DNA from: a virus
Length of the DNA stretch: 64,000 nt
IMG/VR virus record: IMGVR_UViG_3300034377_000007
Coordinates: 1-64,000 of that record
Strand: one strand, 5' to 3'
This document shows, piece after piece, positions 25,318-33,837 of the stretch. Below the pieces are notes generated by a model. That model made no database searches. It saw only the letters and a list, made by a program, of their open reading frames with translations, and was not told the DNA's origin. The number at the start of each line of letters is the position of its first letter. Position 1 is the stretch's first letter. The position numbers and the translations under genes are program-made.

Positions 25318-25566
25318 CTAAAACGGCCCGTCGTCAGACGAATCTTCAGGCTCCCACTCTAGTAAACTTTCAGGGTCGCCGCAGTCATAACAAGCATCGC
25401 CTACTTCACCAAAGCCATGCCAGTCGCAATTATGACAATGCATCTCTACTATCCTGTGGCCCGCGCTTTCTTCAAGCTTCGCATCTTCTTCCGCTCTCGT
25501 CTCTTCGTAGACTTGCCGGAACTCAGGGTCTTTCAATTCTTCATTCAAGAAATCATCTAATCTCAT
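25318..25566 (-). CDS. Hypothetical zinc-ribbon protein (82 aa)
   Basis: I chose the internal Met preceded by the GGGGGAAAGAG RBS. The sequence reads MRLDDFLNEELKDPEFRQVYEE then CHNC...CYDC. Confidence 0.5.
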   Translation of the reverse strand: MRLDDFLNEELKDPEFRQVYEETRAEEDAKLEESAGHRIVEMHCHNCDWHGFGEVGDACYDCGDPESLLEWEPEDSSDDGPF

Positions 25567-25602
25567 TTCTCTTTCCCCCTTCCAAGAGCGCACAAGCGCC
25601 GA

Positions 25603-25956
25603 TCACAAACTTTGAACTTCGATGATCACTCGATACTTTCTTTTGCCGATAGCCTCTTGCTTATATTCAAACTTGATTTGGGGCGAGCCGTCATCAATGC
25701 CGATGAGCCGGGCAACCTCATCGCGGATATGCTTGAAGCTTCCTGCGAGGTTGTCATCATCTAAAAGATTCGGGCCGATACGAGTTAATGTCACAACGCA
25801 CGGAAGCGTAACCTTGCGGCCTCTGTATGCATTGAGCCATTCAACCTTAACTTCTCGTTGCTGTCTCAACTTACGATTGAGCCGCCCTATCCAGCCATCT
25901 CTAGAGTTAAGTTCGCTGACAGTCCGAATGGGAAGATCAAGTTTTAAAGTTGTCAT
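25603..25956 (-). CDS. rusA: RusA-like Holliday junction resolvase
   Basis: It is 117 aa. LLDDDNLAGSFKHIRDEVARLIGIDDG resembles the RusA D-x-D-N..K...D....DD core. Confidence 0.6.
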   Translation of the reverse strand: MTTLKLDLPIRTVSELNSRDGWIGRLNRKLRQQREVKVEWLNAYRGRKVTLPCVVTLTRIGPNLLDDDNLAGSFKHIRDEVARLIGIDDGSPQIKFEYKQEAIGKRKYRVIIEVQSL

Positions 25957-26086
25957 TAAGCTTGTCCCGCCTCAACAGTCAATCAGGAATATTCATCTCG
26001 AATGGAACATGCATGGCCCGTTGCGTGGGAAATGTTTATCTATATCTTTCTTGCTCATGCCGTTCGCCCCTCAAATCTTCCTCCGG

Positions 26087-26293
26087 TTAGACCGCTGCCA
26101 TTCCCCCGCGATTCTCGGGCGGCTCATCCCGCCAGCAATCTCTCCCCTTAATGTCCCTGCGCGAGCGTGGATAGATAGAACTCGCGCCCTTACAACGCGG
26201 CGTTTTATCTTCGCAGTGATACCAGGCATGGCTATGTAAATCTCGGTGAACTTCTCTATGGCATTTACTGCAAATCACGATTCCCCAACTCAT
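26087..26293 (-). CDS. Cys/His-rich small protein (68 aa)
   Basis: It contains CSKCHREVHRDLHSHAWYHCEDKTPRC. Confidence 0.4.
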   Translation of the reverse strand: MSWGIVICSKCHREVHRDLHSHAWYHCEDKTPRCKGASSIYPRSRRDIKGRDCWRDEPPENRGGMAAV

Positions 26294-26306
26294 TGTGTGC
26301 TTCCTC

Positions 26307-26603
26307 CTAAGCTGCTTTACGCCTAGCTACTAATCGCCAGCACCTATCCTCGCCTCTCATGTAAGGCTTGACCTTCCCACCGCCATACAAGACCGCCAGG
26401 GCATTTGAAAGCGCGTCCTCTGCCCTTGCCCTCTGTCCGTATTTCTTAATCAATCCTGAGCGCTGTAAGACCTCTTCAGTGGTACATGCGCCAAGCCTTA
26501 TCGCCGATAAAGTCATGTCGGTATCCTTTGCGGGCTGAATGCCTAAGACCTCATCAAGTTGTGATAAGAGAATGTCTATTCTGAGTTCTATCTCGGGTGT
26601 CAT
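26307..26603 (-). CDS. Hypothetical protein (98 aa)
   Basis: It is the first complete ORF of the minus-strand block, diverging from the 26694 gene. Confidence 0.5.
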   Translation of the reverse strand: MTPEIELRIDILLSQLDEVLGIQPAKDTDMTLSAIRLGACTTEEVLQRSGLIKKYGQRARAEDALSNALAVLYGGGKVKPYMRGEDRCWRLVARRKAA

Positions 26604-26656
26604 TGGTTGCTCTCCGCCGTTCTCTCAAATCAATTTGATAATGCTGATAGCGCGGC

Positions 26657-26684
26657 TTGAACCATTAGCGTTTCGTGTTAAAAT
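26657..26684 (+). promoter_or_regulatory. Sigma70-like promoter for the lone plus-strand gene
   Basis: The promoter is TTGAAC-16 nt-TAAAAT, with the ATG only 9 nt after the -10 box (near-leaderless). The palindrome TCAAAT-CA-ATTTGA lies at 26625-26638. Confidence 0.5.
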
Positions 26685-26693
26685 GGCTCCGCT

Positions 26694-27002
26694 ATGAACG
26701 ATGCCCTCAGAGCCCTATTCGTACTGGAATACAGCGTAGAGCAAGACGCCTTCCACATTTCCACCTTGGGTGACATTTTGGCGTCGAATCTCCGCAAGCT
26801 CGCCTCGCTCAAGTCTGCCGATTACATGATGCTCGCCATCACCGAAACTTACGATGAAGCCAGCCAGGCCGCCGCTAAATTGAGATTCCGGGTAGATCAA
26901 TTGATCGCCTCAGACCGTAATAGAAGAGCGGAGAGAATCAGAGAAGATCTCGGCGTCTCTCTTGATTTTAACGACCTGCACGACCCGTCTCTCTGGAAAT
27001 AA
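26694..27002 (+). CDS. Hypothetical protein (102 aa), opposite strand to its neighbours
   Basis: It is a complete ORF with its own promoter-like sequence. Confidence 0.5.
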   Translation: MNDALRALFVLEYSVEQDAFHISTLGDILASNLRKLASLKSADYMMLAITETYDEASQAAAKLRFRVDQLIASDRNRRAERIREDLGVSLDFNDLHDPSLWK

Positions 27003-27124
27003 ACATTTTCAGCCGGTAAAGACGCTTGAGCCTTATGGGTTTTAATGTCCTTCAAGGTAACGTCCTCAAAGGGCATACCCTTTGATTCTTCCTTCAAATC
27101 ATCTTCTGTGAAAACGATAGTCAT
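26897..27124 (-). CDS. Hypothetical protein (75 aa)
   Basis: There is an ATGA overlap with the upstream stop at 27121-27124. Its 3' end overlaps the convergent 26694 gene by about 105 nt, so one of the two may be shorter. Confidence 0.4.
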   Translation of the reverse strand: MTIVFTEDDLKEESKGMPFEDVTLKDIKTHKAQASLPAENVYFQRDGSCRSLKSRETPRSSLILSALLLRSEAIN

Positions 27125-27921
27125 TTCGTCAACTCCTTCACACCAGTACAGGAAACACATTCGTAGATATGAAAGCAGTTACGACAGACCATTTTATTCA
27201 TACTGAGCACGCCTGATTTCTCCCCGCAGCTCGGGCACATTTCATTCGTTTCGAGCGGAGCATTGCAGACTTCGCCAGCCGTCCAGCCTTCGACCGTATT
27301 CGCTTCCCGGCCACAGGATGAGCAGCGCAAGGGCTGTCCGACATTATCCTTAAACGGTTCAACTTCTACGGGCTTGCTTCCGATCATCCGTAGAGCTGCG
27401 CGCATGACGGCAGCTTGATCGAAGGTGACACCCCGCTTGCGCTCCGGTTCTGCGCCAGGCTCATGCCTGCATCCCGGCCTCACAGAGCCATCCGGCATCC
27501 GCTCCATACCCGTCCCGAAGCATTTCCGGCACGTACCCGATGCGTGCTCGGGCAGTAAACGAGTCTCGTCAATCTCGCTGTATAAGTCTTTGATCTTTAG
27601 CCATTCGACTGCCAAATCGTTCGGCGTGATGATCTGGCGCTCTTTACCCTGCCCACGCCTTTCGCTCTCGCGTTGCTGGGCTGAGCGGTAGCAATCTGAA
27701 TATCTTTCCGGCGGTGTGCCCGCGTCCGAAAGGATTTCAAACCACGTCAGGATGGCGATATCCTGCTCATTCTCAGGCAAACGATTCCAGCCCATCGCGG
27801 CGCGCGACTTGTCAATCAGCATACTCAAGACGGCTGCCGTTTCCTGGTCAGGCACGTTTGGGATATTTGCTGAAGTCTCGCGTGATGGGTGGTTTCGTGT
27901 AGGTGTTTGCAGGTTTTTCAT
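27121..27921 (-). CDS. Multi-zinc-finger protein in the replication module (266 aa)
   Basis: It has a DnaJ-type CRKCFGTG motif plus several CxxC pairs. It lies downstream of the initiator-like gene. I could not establish a function. Confidence 0.55.
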   Translation of the reverse strand: MKNLQTPTRNHPSRETSANIPNVPDQETAAVLSMLIDKSRAAMGWNRLPENEQDIAILTWFEILSDAGTPPERYSDCYRSAQQRESERRGQGKERQIITPNDLAVEWLKIKDLYSEIDETRLLPEHASGTCRKCFGTGMERMPDGSVRPGCRHEPGAEPERKRGVTFDQAAVMRAALRMIGSKPVEVEPFKDNVGQPLRCSSCGREANTVEGWTAGEVCNAPLETNEMCPSCGEKSGVLSMNKMVCRNCFHIYECVSCTGVKELTK

Positions 27922-28675
27922 TTCCGTTCCTTTCGCCGCTGTCTCTAACTTTCCAGCTACCGATTTCTTTTTTGACCGTTAGCCACGAAACGCGCGACTT
28001 TCGCCAGTGGTCAGGGTCTTTCAACTCGTCAAGGAAATCTCGTAAGCACTTGATTGATTCGTCCGCGTTGTAACCGTTCGTGAGTAGCCACCTGACCGCA
28101 TCGCCTTGCGCTTTGCCGTCCGAGATGGCCCCGGTTTGCTTTGCCAATTCCTTCATCATTCGCTGATGATCGCTTTCGGGTGATGCCCGACCATTGGGCG
28201 CGTCAGCGCCAGTGTTTTTAAGTTCTTTAGTAATTAAATTATTACTATCCTTGGTGGGTACGGAAGGGGGGACATTATGTCCTCTTTTATCGGCAGAAAT
28301 GTCCCCTTTTACGGCATCAAATGTCCCCTTTTCTGTTGGAAATGTCACCTTTTCCGCATCCGATAAGGTGACATTATGTCCTCTTTTATCGGACTCAATG
28401 GGGACATTATGTCCTGTTTTATAAGTGAAGGTGAACGAGTGCCAGTTGCCTCGTCCGCGACCTCTGGCGATGGTAAGTTCACCAGATTCTTCGATCTTGT
28501 CCAGCAGTCTCTTGATCTGGCGTACGTCCAGCCCCGTGTAGTCTGCGAGGATGCTAAGCCCAAGTTCCACGGTGTCGGAGTCTTGCAGTTCTTCTGCTAT
28601 AGCGAGCATTACAAGGCGCGCACCGCCTTTGTGCGTCGAGTATTTCCAGACAAATTCCCGAGCCTTGTCGCTCAC
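27848..28675 (-). CDS. Replication-initiator-like winged-helix protein with internal iterons
   Basis: The N-terminus is wHTH-like (GGARLVMLAIAEEL...LADYTGLDVRQIKRLLDKIEESGEL). The central linker has KRGHNV repeats encoded by the iterons. Confidence 0.6.
   Translation of the reverse strand: MSDKAREFVWKYSTHKGGARLVMLAIAEELQDSDTVELGLSILADYTGLDVRQIKRLLDKIEESGELTIARGRGRGNWHSFTFTYKTGHNVPIESDKRGHNVTLSDAEKVTFPTEKGTFDAVKGDISADKRGHNVPPSVPTKDSNNLITKELKNTGADAPNGRASPESDHQRMMKELAKQTGAISDGKAQGDAVRWLLTNGYNADESIKCLRDFLDELKDPDHWRKSRVSWLTVKKEIGSWKVRDSGERNGNEKPANTYTKPPITRDFSKYPKRA
28214..28250. other. AT-rich tract next to the iterons (candidate DNA-unwinding element)
   Basis: The tract tttttaagttctttagtaattaaattattactatcc sits in otherwise GC-rich DNA. 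Confidence 0.45.
28271..28422. repeat. Six phased iterons (core ATGTCCnCTTTT), candidate ori
   Basis: ATGTC cores lie at 28277, 28299, 28321, 28342, 28376 and 28409, giving spacings of 22, 22, 21, 34 and 33 bp. A 23-bp perfect direct repeat GACATTATGTCCTCTTTTATCGG lies at 28271 and 28370. Confidence 0.7.
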
Positions 28676-29398
28676 TTACGCCTGCTTTCTGTCAAGTACG
28701 GTGAAGGGTTTGGTTAACTGCGAGCCGTAGCCATGCTCGCTGAGTTTTCGGGTAAGCACATTGCAGAGTCCGACCATCTGGCGAACAACGACCGGGTTTT
28801 TCCAGTCGGTTAATTCGGTTTCGATGATGCGCTTTGAAGTGTGGAAATATCCGGTCTGGCTTTGCCCGCCAAGCCCTTTATGAACCTCGTTCTGTTCTTC
28901 CGTGAGCGTCTGGCCGTGCATGTGCATATCGGCCTGTTTGAGTGTTATAGGCTTAGCGAGAAACTGCGCGGTGAAGGAACTAACCGGCTTATCTTTTAAC
29001 CTCTGAACGGGGAGTCTCAAGGCTACGGCAATCTTCGCCTCTTCTATTCCGAGCTGAGATGCGCGCTGGCGTATCTGCTTGACCTGGTAGGATGAGTAGC
29101 GCACGCCATGCTCGGCATTAGCAGCGACGGCTTCAAGAAAAAATTCCTGATCACTGCCCATGTCAACCAGCACGGCGCTGATCTTCTTACGCCCGGCTTT
29201 TCGATGCGCGCGGGCGCGGTGTTCACCGTCAACGATTGTCATCGTCTTCCGGTCAACTTTGATCGGAGGGAATTTACTGCCCCCGAGAAGTGCCTGCGTG
29301 TAGTTCTCCACCGCCACCATGTCAACGGCGTGGCGTGGATAGAGATATGAATTCGCCTTCAGATCGTTTAATTCAAGGACTACAGCCTCTTCCGTCAT
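28676..29398 (-). CDS. ParB/Srx-fold nuclease-domain protein (240 aa)
   Basis: TIVDGEHRARAHRKAGRKKISAVLV matches the ParB N-terminal-domain motif (DG.HR..A). I chose the start at MTEEAVV, which has an AGGAGG RBS. The upstream part of the track ORF is Cys/Arg-rich and probably non-coding. Confidence 0.65.
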   Translation of the reverse strand: MTEEAVVLELNDLKANSYLYPRHAVDMVAVENYTQALLGGSKFPPIKVDRKTMTIVDGEHRARAHRKAGRKKISAVLVDMGSDQEFFLEAVAANAEHGVRYSSYQVKQIRQRASQLGIEEAKIAVALRLPVQRLKDKPVSSFTAQFLAKPITLKQADMHMHGQTLTEEQNEVHKGLGGQSQTGYFHTSKRIIETELTDWKNPVVVRQMVGLCNVLTRKLSEHGYGSQLTKPFTVLDRKQA

Positions 29399-29451
29399 AT
29401 CAAACCTCCTGCCCAAACAACACAAAAGCCCGCACCGTTTGGGCGCTATGT

Positions 29452-29566
29452 TGCACAAATCTTGCGACGGACTTGTGGACACAGACGCCCGCAACGATGC
29501 AGGCTTTTCTATTAAGATTTGTGCAGACCTTCTCCGAAAACAAGAAAGCCCACAAGTCCGTCGCAA
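29452..29566. repeat. Two interlocked perfect inverted repeats upstream of the ParB-nuclease-like gene
   Basis: A is TGCACAAATCTT (29452-29463) and A' is AAGATTTGTGCA (29514-29525). B is TTGCGACGGACTTGTGG (29462-29478) and B' is CCACAAGTCCGTCGCAA (29550-29566). The order is A-B...A'...B'. Confidence 0.7.
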
Positions 29567-29602
29567 TTCCAATCACAGCACAAAACACTTTCTCGTGGCT
29601 GA

Positions 29603-29830
29603 TTATTTACGATCTGTTTTAGCGACAACCGATTCAATCTCAGCTTGGGCCTTCTTAATGATCTTGTTGATTGCCTCGGCAACCTGCATACTGGCCGCGT
29701 AGCTGCGCCTATCCATGCAACCTAAGCCTGTGAGCCCGATCTCTCGGCCCATCTTCACGTCATGATCGCTCAGCCTGATTGCTTCTTTCAGAAAATCAAT
29801 CCGACTTGTTGTTCCCGTTACTGCGTTCAT
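29603..29830 (-). CDS. Hypothetical protein (75 aa)
   Basis: It is a complete ORF on the same strand as its neighbours. Confidence 0.45.
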   Translation of the reverse strand: MNAVTGTTSRIDFLKEAIRLSDHDVKMGREIGLTGLGCMDRRSYAASMQVAEAINKIIKKAQAEIESVVAKTDRK

Positions 29831-29956
29831 TTCTCCCTCTCACCGCTCTCACTAAATTAATCGTGTACCTACAAGCGTAATGCTCATTACCTTCTTTCAT
29901 CAAAATATCGGCGGAGACCCCCTCGCCTTCAGGCGGGGAAGGAAGCCGCAGCCTTA

Positions 29957-30190
29957 TTAGCCCGCGCTTTCAAGCGGGCGTTCAAGTTGCGATGCCGTAA
30001 ACTTCCAAGAGCACCCTAAACACCGCCCCTCATTCGCCTCCAACTGATGCGACTGCACAACCTCGTTACAGTCAACACAGTTACCGAGTCGAGCGTTAAC
30101 AACTTGCTCTCGTCGTTGCCCACACGCTACGCACCCCGGCGTGTACTCACCCGGATGTGCCCGACACAAAGGACACCTCCAAATAGCCAT
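29957..30190 (-). CDS. Zinc-ribbon protein (77 aa)
   Basis: It has four CxxC pairs: CPLC, CVAC, CVDC and CLGC. Confidence 0.5.
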   Translation of the reverse strand: MAIWRCPLCRAHPGEYTPGCVACGQRREQVVNARLGNCVDCNEVVQSHQLEANEGRCLGCSWKFTASQLERPLESAG

Positions 30191-30191
30191 C

Positions 30192-30935
30192 TCACCCTCC
30201 TTTCGCTAGTTGCAACTGTTCAAAAGCCAGCGTCTCTTGGCCCGGCAACTCGTTCGCTACGCGGCTGAGGCGCGTCGCTGCTATCTCACACGCGCGCTCG
30301 TTGCGGTCAATGCCGACGGCCTCGAACCCAAGCTCTCGACAGGCGCGCAAACTGCGCCCACTACCGATGCTGGGGTCAAGAATCACCTGCCCCGGCTTGG
30401 CGTACTTTTGCAGAATCCAACGATAGAGGGCCTTGGGTTTTTGCCCCAGATACAAGCGCGGCTCTTTGTTGCGCATGTCCTGCTGAAGCATCCCGTTCCA
30501 CTTGAAGCGGAATATGCGTGCGGCCTTATCGAATGAGCACCATGCTATCTCGGCATCTGCGAAAGGCGTGCCCACGTTGTCCTTATCCCAGATAATCCAA
30601 CACGGCGAGGGCCTCAAAAATTGCGTGTAATAGTTGCCGCCCCAAATTATTTGATTCTTAGTCACGCGAAAGAGGGCGTCGAAATGCGATTGCTCCCAGG
30701 GCTCTTTGTCATACTCGTTCAACTCGTAGTGGCTGGCCTTCGGGAGCTTCCGACCACCTTCGATTTTTGAGCCGCGCCCGATGCCGCGCGTGGCGTTGCG
30801 CGCTCCGGTTTCGCCGATTCCATAAGGCGGGTCGGCTATTGCTAATCCAAAGTGTCTCACGGGATACAGGGGCAACACGTCGCGGCAATCGCCGTGATAA
30901 ATCCTGATTCCGCTTTCGTCGTAATAAGGCTGCAT
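30192..30935 (-). CDS. DNA methyltransferase, N6-adenine/N4-cytosine type (beta class)
   Basis: The DPPY motif (IADPPYGIG) precedes the C-terminal AdoMet motif LDPSIGSGRSLRAC. Confidence 0.8.
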   Translation of the reverse strand: MQPYYDESGIRIYHGDCRDVLPLYPVRHFGLAIADPPYGIGETGARNATRGIGRGSKIEGGRKLPKASHYELNEYDKEPWEQSHFDALFRVTKNQIIWGGNYYTQFLRPSPCWIIWDKDNVGTPFADAEIAWCSFDKAARIFRFKWNGMLQQDMRNKEPRLYLGQKPKALYRWILQKYAKPGQVILDPSIGSGRSLRACRELGFEAVGIDRNERACEIAATRLSRVANELPGQETLAFEQLQLAKGG

Positions 30936-31112
30936 GATAACTACGCAAGAGAAACCGTCGCGTTTCTAACGCGGGGAGGCTTCATCATCTGACGAATACC
31001 CAGACATAAGCCTTGATCGAATGCTCTATGAAAGACCTTTTGACGGGCCGCTCGCTTTCCTCTTTACGCCTTGTCATAAAGATGTCGGCCCAAGCCGAAT
31101 TTCGCCGCAGCT

Positions 31113-31790
31113 CTACGAAGCGCCATTGATTCGGAATTTGAGAACGGGTCGCCGTAGCCTGATTTGTCGTCCTCTTCTGAGCCCCTGGCCCCCTAAGTAT
31201 TCAGAGTAAGCGGGAGGCACAGCCTGGGCCAGTTCATACGAGCGCATCCAAGGAATGCCCATCGCTTCACCCCACTGGCTCTTCCCTGTCTCGTGGCCGT
31301 AGACGCGGTAGTAATAGCCGCCGTCACCTTGTTTCCTGATACCAGTTCCTTTGTGCTTAGGATGAACCGGCGAAAAGAATGTGATGTTGGACTCGAAAAA
31401 GCGGTGGCGAGTAACACGTAACCCGAACATTTCACCGCACAGCATCACAGGGTTCAAAAGCGGCGAGCCTTGTACGTTCTCAATGATGTAAGGCACGCCG
31501 GCGCTTATTAAAAGCCGGCGAGTGTCGTCTATTAAATCAGGGTGCTTTGAGCGGTCTGTTAAGCCATGATTGAGCATCCCTGTGTATATTTGGCACGGGG
31601 GCGAGGCCCAAATGAAATCGAAGCCGGACAAGTCGAAAGTAAGAGCGTCGGCGCAGATAAATTCATCGCCGCAATAGCGCGGCTGTGGTTCTATATCTAC
31701 ACCTGTTACATGAAAGCCCGCGCGCTGTAATCCCTTAGTTGCGCCGCCTGCTTTACAGAAGAGGTCTAATGCTTTTGGTTTAGTAATCAT
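31113..31790 (-). CDS. Compact DNA cytosine-5 methyltransferase (225 aa)
   Basis: Motif I is DLFCKAGG, motif IV is SPPCQ, motif VI is IIENV, and the C-terminus has AVPPAYSEYLG. Confidence 0.8.
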   Translation of the reverse strand: MITKPKALDLFCKAGGATKGLQRAGFHVTGVDIEPQPRYCGDEFICADALTFDLSGFDFIWASPPCQIYTGMLNHGLTDRSKHPDLIDDTRRLLISAGVPYIIENVQGSPLLNPVMLCGEMFGLRVTRHRFFESNITFFSPVHPKHKGTGIRKQGDGGYYYRVYGHETGKSQWGEAMGIPWMRSYELAQAVPPAYSEYLGGQGLRRGRQIRLRRPVLKFRINGAS

Positions 31791-31918
31791 TCGAGTTATC
31801 TGAGATTCAAATGTTTAAAGATTCGGCAATCGCCGTCCGTCCCTTGAAATCCTTTCCTCTTCCCTTCGCCCCCAGGTGGAAACGGAACTGTTAAAAAGGG
31901 CGCACTACTCAGGAGGAG

Positions 31919-32893
31919 TCAGGAAGTACGCCCTACCGTGCTTTCCCCGGCGCGCAACTCTGAAAATCTACGATTTAACCTTTCGTGTAACGACTGCTTG
32001 GATATACCGAGAAGCCTCGCCGCCTCCGCTTTATTTCCTTCCGATTCCGTTAAAGCCTTCTCTATCCATTTGGCCTCAACTCTATGCAACTCTTCTTCAA
32101 GGCTGAACTTTGACCAGCGCGTATCCCTGACTTCCGCCAGGTTTCTTTCATCATTGATTGAGCGGAATATTTGCTCGGCACGGTCAAGGTGTTCTCTGGC
32201 TTCATCGGTCAATCCCATCTGAAGCAGTAGCCCGCCGATGTTGTTTTCGACCGCGCCCTGATACTGAAGGTGTCCAGCGAGTTCAAAGCAGACCGCCGCA
32301 CCTGAGTAGGACATGCGGGCCTCTGCAAAGCGCCCAAGTCTCTTTTGATTGATAGCTGTCCCGTTGAGGTGAAGCCCTTCAGTTAAAGGCGTCTGAATGA
32401 AAGGTCGTGCTTGTGCGTAGTATTCAAGGGCGGATTCATATCTCTTTGAGTCGCTTTCCATCACGCCCCTGTCCATTAGTGCGATGGCGCGACTGTCCCC
32501 GGCGGGGTAAAGAGGTATTGCCATCTCAAGCAAAGCCAGTGCATCGTCGAAGCTTTTATCTTTGTAGTAGGTGAGTGCTAGCTGGTGAAGGGCTTCGGCC
32601 TCTTTATCCTTTAGTTCGTATGCTCTGAATATCTCAACGGCCTCCGTCAGCAAGTCCCGCGCCCTTTCCTGCACATCTGACAGGCCTCTCTTTGCACCGA
32701 TCTTTGACGAGAGAGAACCGATACGGAGCAGTACTTCGCCCTGTATCGGCTTCTCAACGCTCATGCGGGGACGGATGCCTAAACCGCGCCACAAGCCCCC
32801 CAGGGCGCGTTTGGCATCTTCTAAACGCCCCCGCAACTCAAGTTCTCTGGCCTGTACGCATACGGACTTACATGTTTCGGTGTTGTAGTTCAT
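31919..32893 (-). CDS. TPR-repeat protein with C-terminal Fis-type HTH
   Basis: Repeated A..Y/ALxxA helical pairs are followed by IEKALTESEGNKAEAARLLGISKQSLHERL, which is HTH_8-like as in NtrC-family C-termini. No AAA+ domain is present. Confidence 0.6.
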   Translation of the reverse strand: MNYNTETCKSVCVQARELELRGRLEDAKRALGGLWRGLGIRPRMSVEKPIQGEVLLRIGSLSSKIGAKRGLSDVQERARDLLTEAVEIFRAYELKDKEAEALHQLALTYYKDKSFDDALALLEMAIPLYPAGDSRAIALMDRGVMESDSKRYESALEYYAQARPFIQTPLTEGLHLNGTAINQKRLGRFAEARMSYSGAAVCFELAGHLQYQGAVENNIGGLLLQMGLTDEAREHLDRAEQIFRSINDERNLAEVRDTRWSKFSLEEELHRVEAKWIEKALTESEGNKAEAARLLGISKQSLHERLNRRFSELRAGESTVGRTS

Positions 32894-32943
32894 AATGCAC
32901 GCGTCAAGATTTCTTGACCACTTTCATGAAAGGAACAGAACAG

Positions 32944-33117
32944 ATGAAAAAACTACTCACGGCGACAGTCTTCGCCCTGGCGCTCGCGCTTCCCGCTTGG
33001 GCGGGAGATATACAAACGACGGGGGATGAGCCTCCTCCTCCGCCTGAACCGACGCAATCCAGCACGTCAACCAATTCGTCTTTTGACTGGCTGCTCATGT
33101 TTGACATTCTCTTCTAG
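32944..33117 (+). CDS. Small secreted peptide (57 aa)
   Basis: MKKLLTATVFALALALPAWA is a Sec signal, followed by a Pro-rich segment. It lies on the opposite strand to its neighbours. Confidence 0.45.
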   Translation: MKKLLTATVFALALALPAWAGDIQTTGDEPPPPPEPTQSSTSTNSSFDWLLMFDILF

Positions 33118-33166
33118 TTAAGAAGCGCGGCAAGTACAGTCCCACCTATCGCCCGCCGCGCTCCCC

Positions 33167-33667
33167 TTATCGCGTCCCATTCCGACGCGAATCAACAGAC
33201 TCGACATTCAGGGAACTTAAATACTGCTCGACCTCGCTGATAACCAAGCTGCCCAAAGCTCTCAACTCGTCTACGGGCTTATCCAGCGCGTTGGCGTCCA
33301 TCAGATCAGCCAAGCGGCGGTTGATGGAGAGGATTTGCAAGTCCGGGCTTTCGGAGCACGTTTGCTGCGGTTCACGCCAGCCCCTAAAGTTGGTTTGAGT
33401 CAGAGAATCAATCGCTATGAAAACTGACGGAGCGTTAAGACAGAGCCATCCCATGATGCGGTGATAGTGATAAACGAATCCGTCCAGGTCGTCCGAAGGG
33501 TTTAGTTCCCGCGACAGTGTTGCCTCATTCAGGTTGAGGTCGTCGCACATATCAACCTGCTTCACGCCTGCGCTGTCGAATAAGAGCCGCACGGAGCGTT
33601 TAGTATTGAACTTATTGACGACGTAGAACTGGCGGGCTGTCTGTTTCAAAGTAAATTTCCTTATCAA
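33167..33667 (-). CDS. Hypothetical protein (166 aa), possible regulator
   Basis: It is a complete ORF. LNLNEATLSRELNP is vaguely CII/HTH-like, which is weak evidence. Confidence 0.5.
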   Translation of the reverse strand: MIRKFTLKQTARQFYVVNKFNTKRSVRLLFDSAGVKQVDMCDDLNLNEATLSRELNPSDDLDGFVYHYHRIMGWLCLNAPSVFIAIDSLTQTNFRGWREPQQTCSESPDLQILSINRRLADLMDANALDKPVDELRALGSLVISEVEQYLSSLNVESVDSRRNGTR

Positions 33668-33837
33668 AGGTTTACTGGACTAATTTAATTTCGGTGCTAC
33701 TCTTCACTTTGTAGGGAAGCCGGGTCTTTGACAAAAAACTGGTTAAGGTGAAACGCAAGCGCGTTATTTTATGAAGCGGAATGCGACGCCCCTCCACTAT
33801 GACTTACGCGGCGGCGGCGGCTGATGCGGGTCGCTCA

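Noticed and set aside
25622-26239. A 205-aa plus-strand ORF runs opposite the RusA-like gene.
   Set aside because: It is antisense to an ORF with a recognisable RusA core, has Ser/Leu/Arg-rich composition, and has no RBS.
29399-29572. The track ORF extends the ParB-nuclease-like ORF by 58 aa at the N-terminus (start at 29572).
   Set aside because: The extension is Cys/Arg/Leu-rich and covers the inverted-repeat region. A Met with a perfect AGGAGG RBS lies at 29398.
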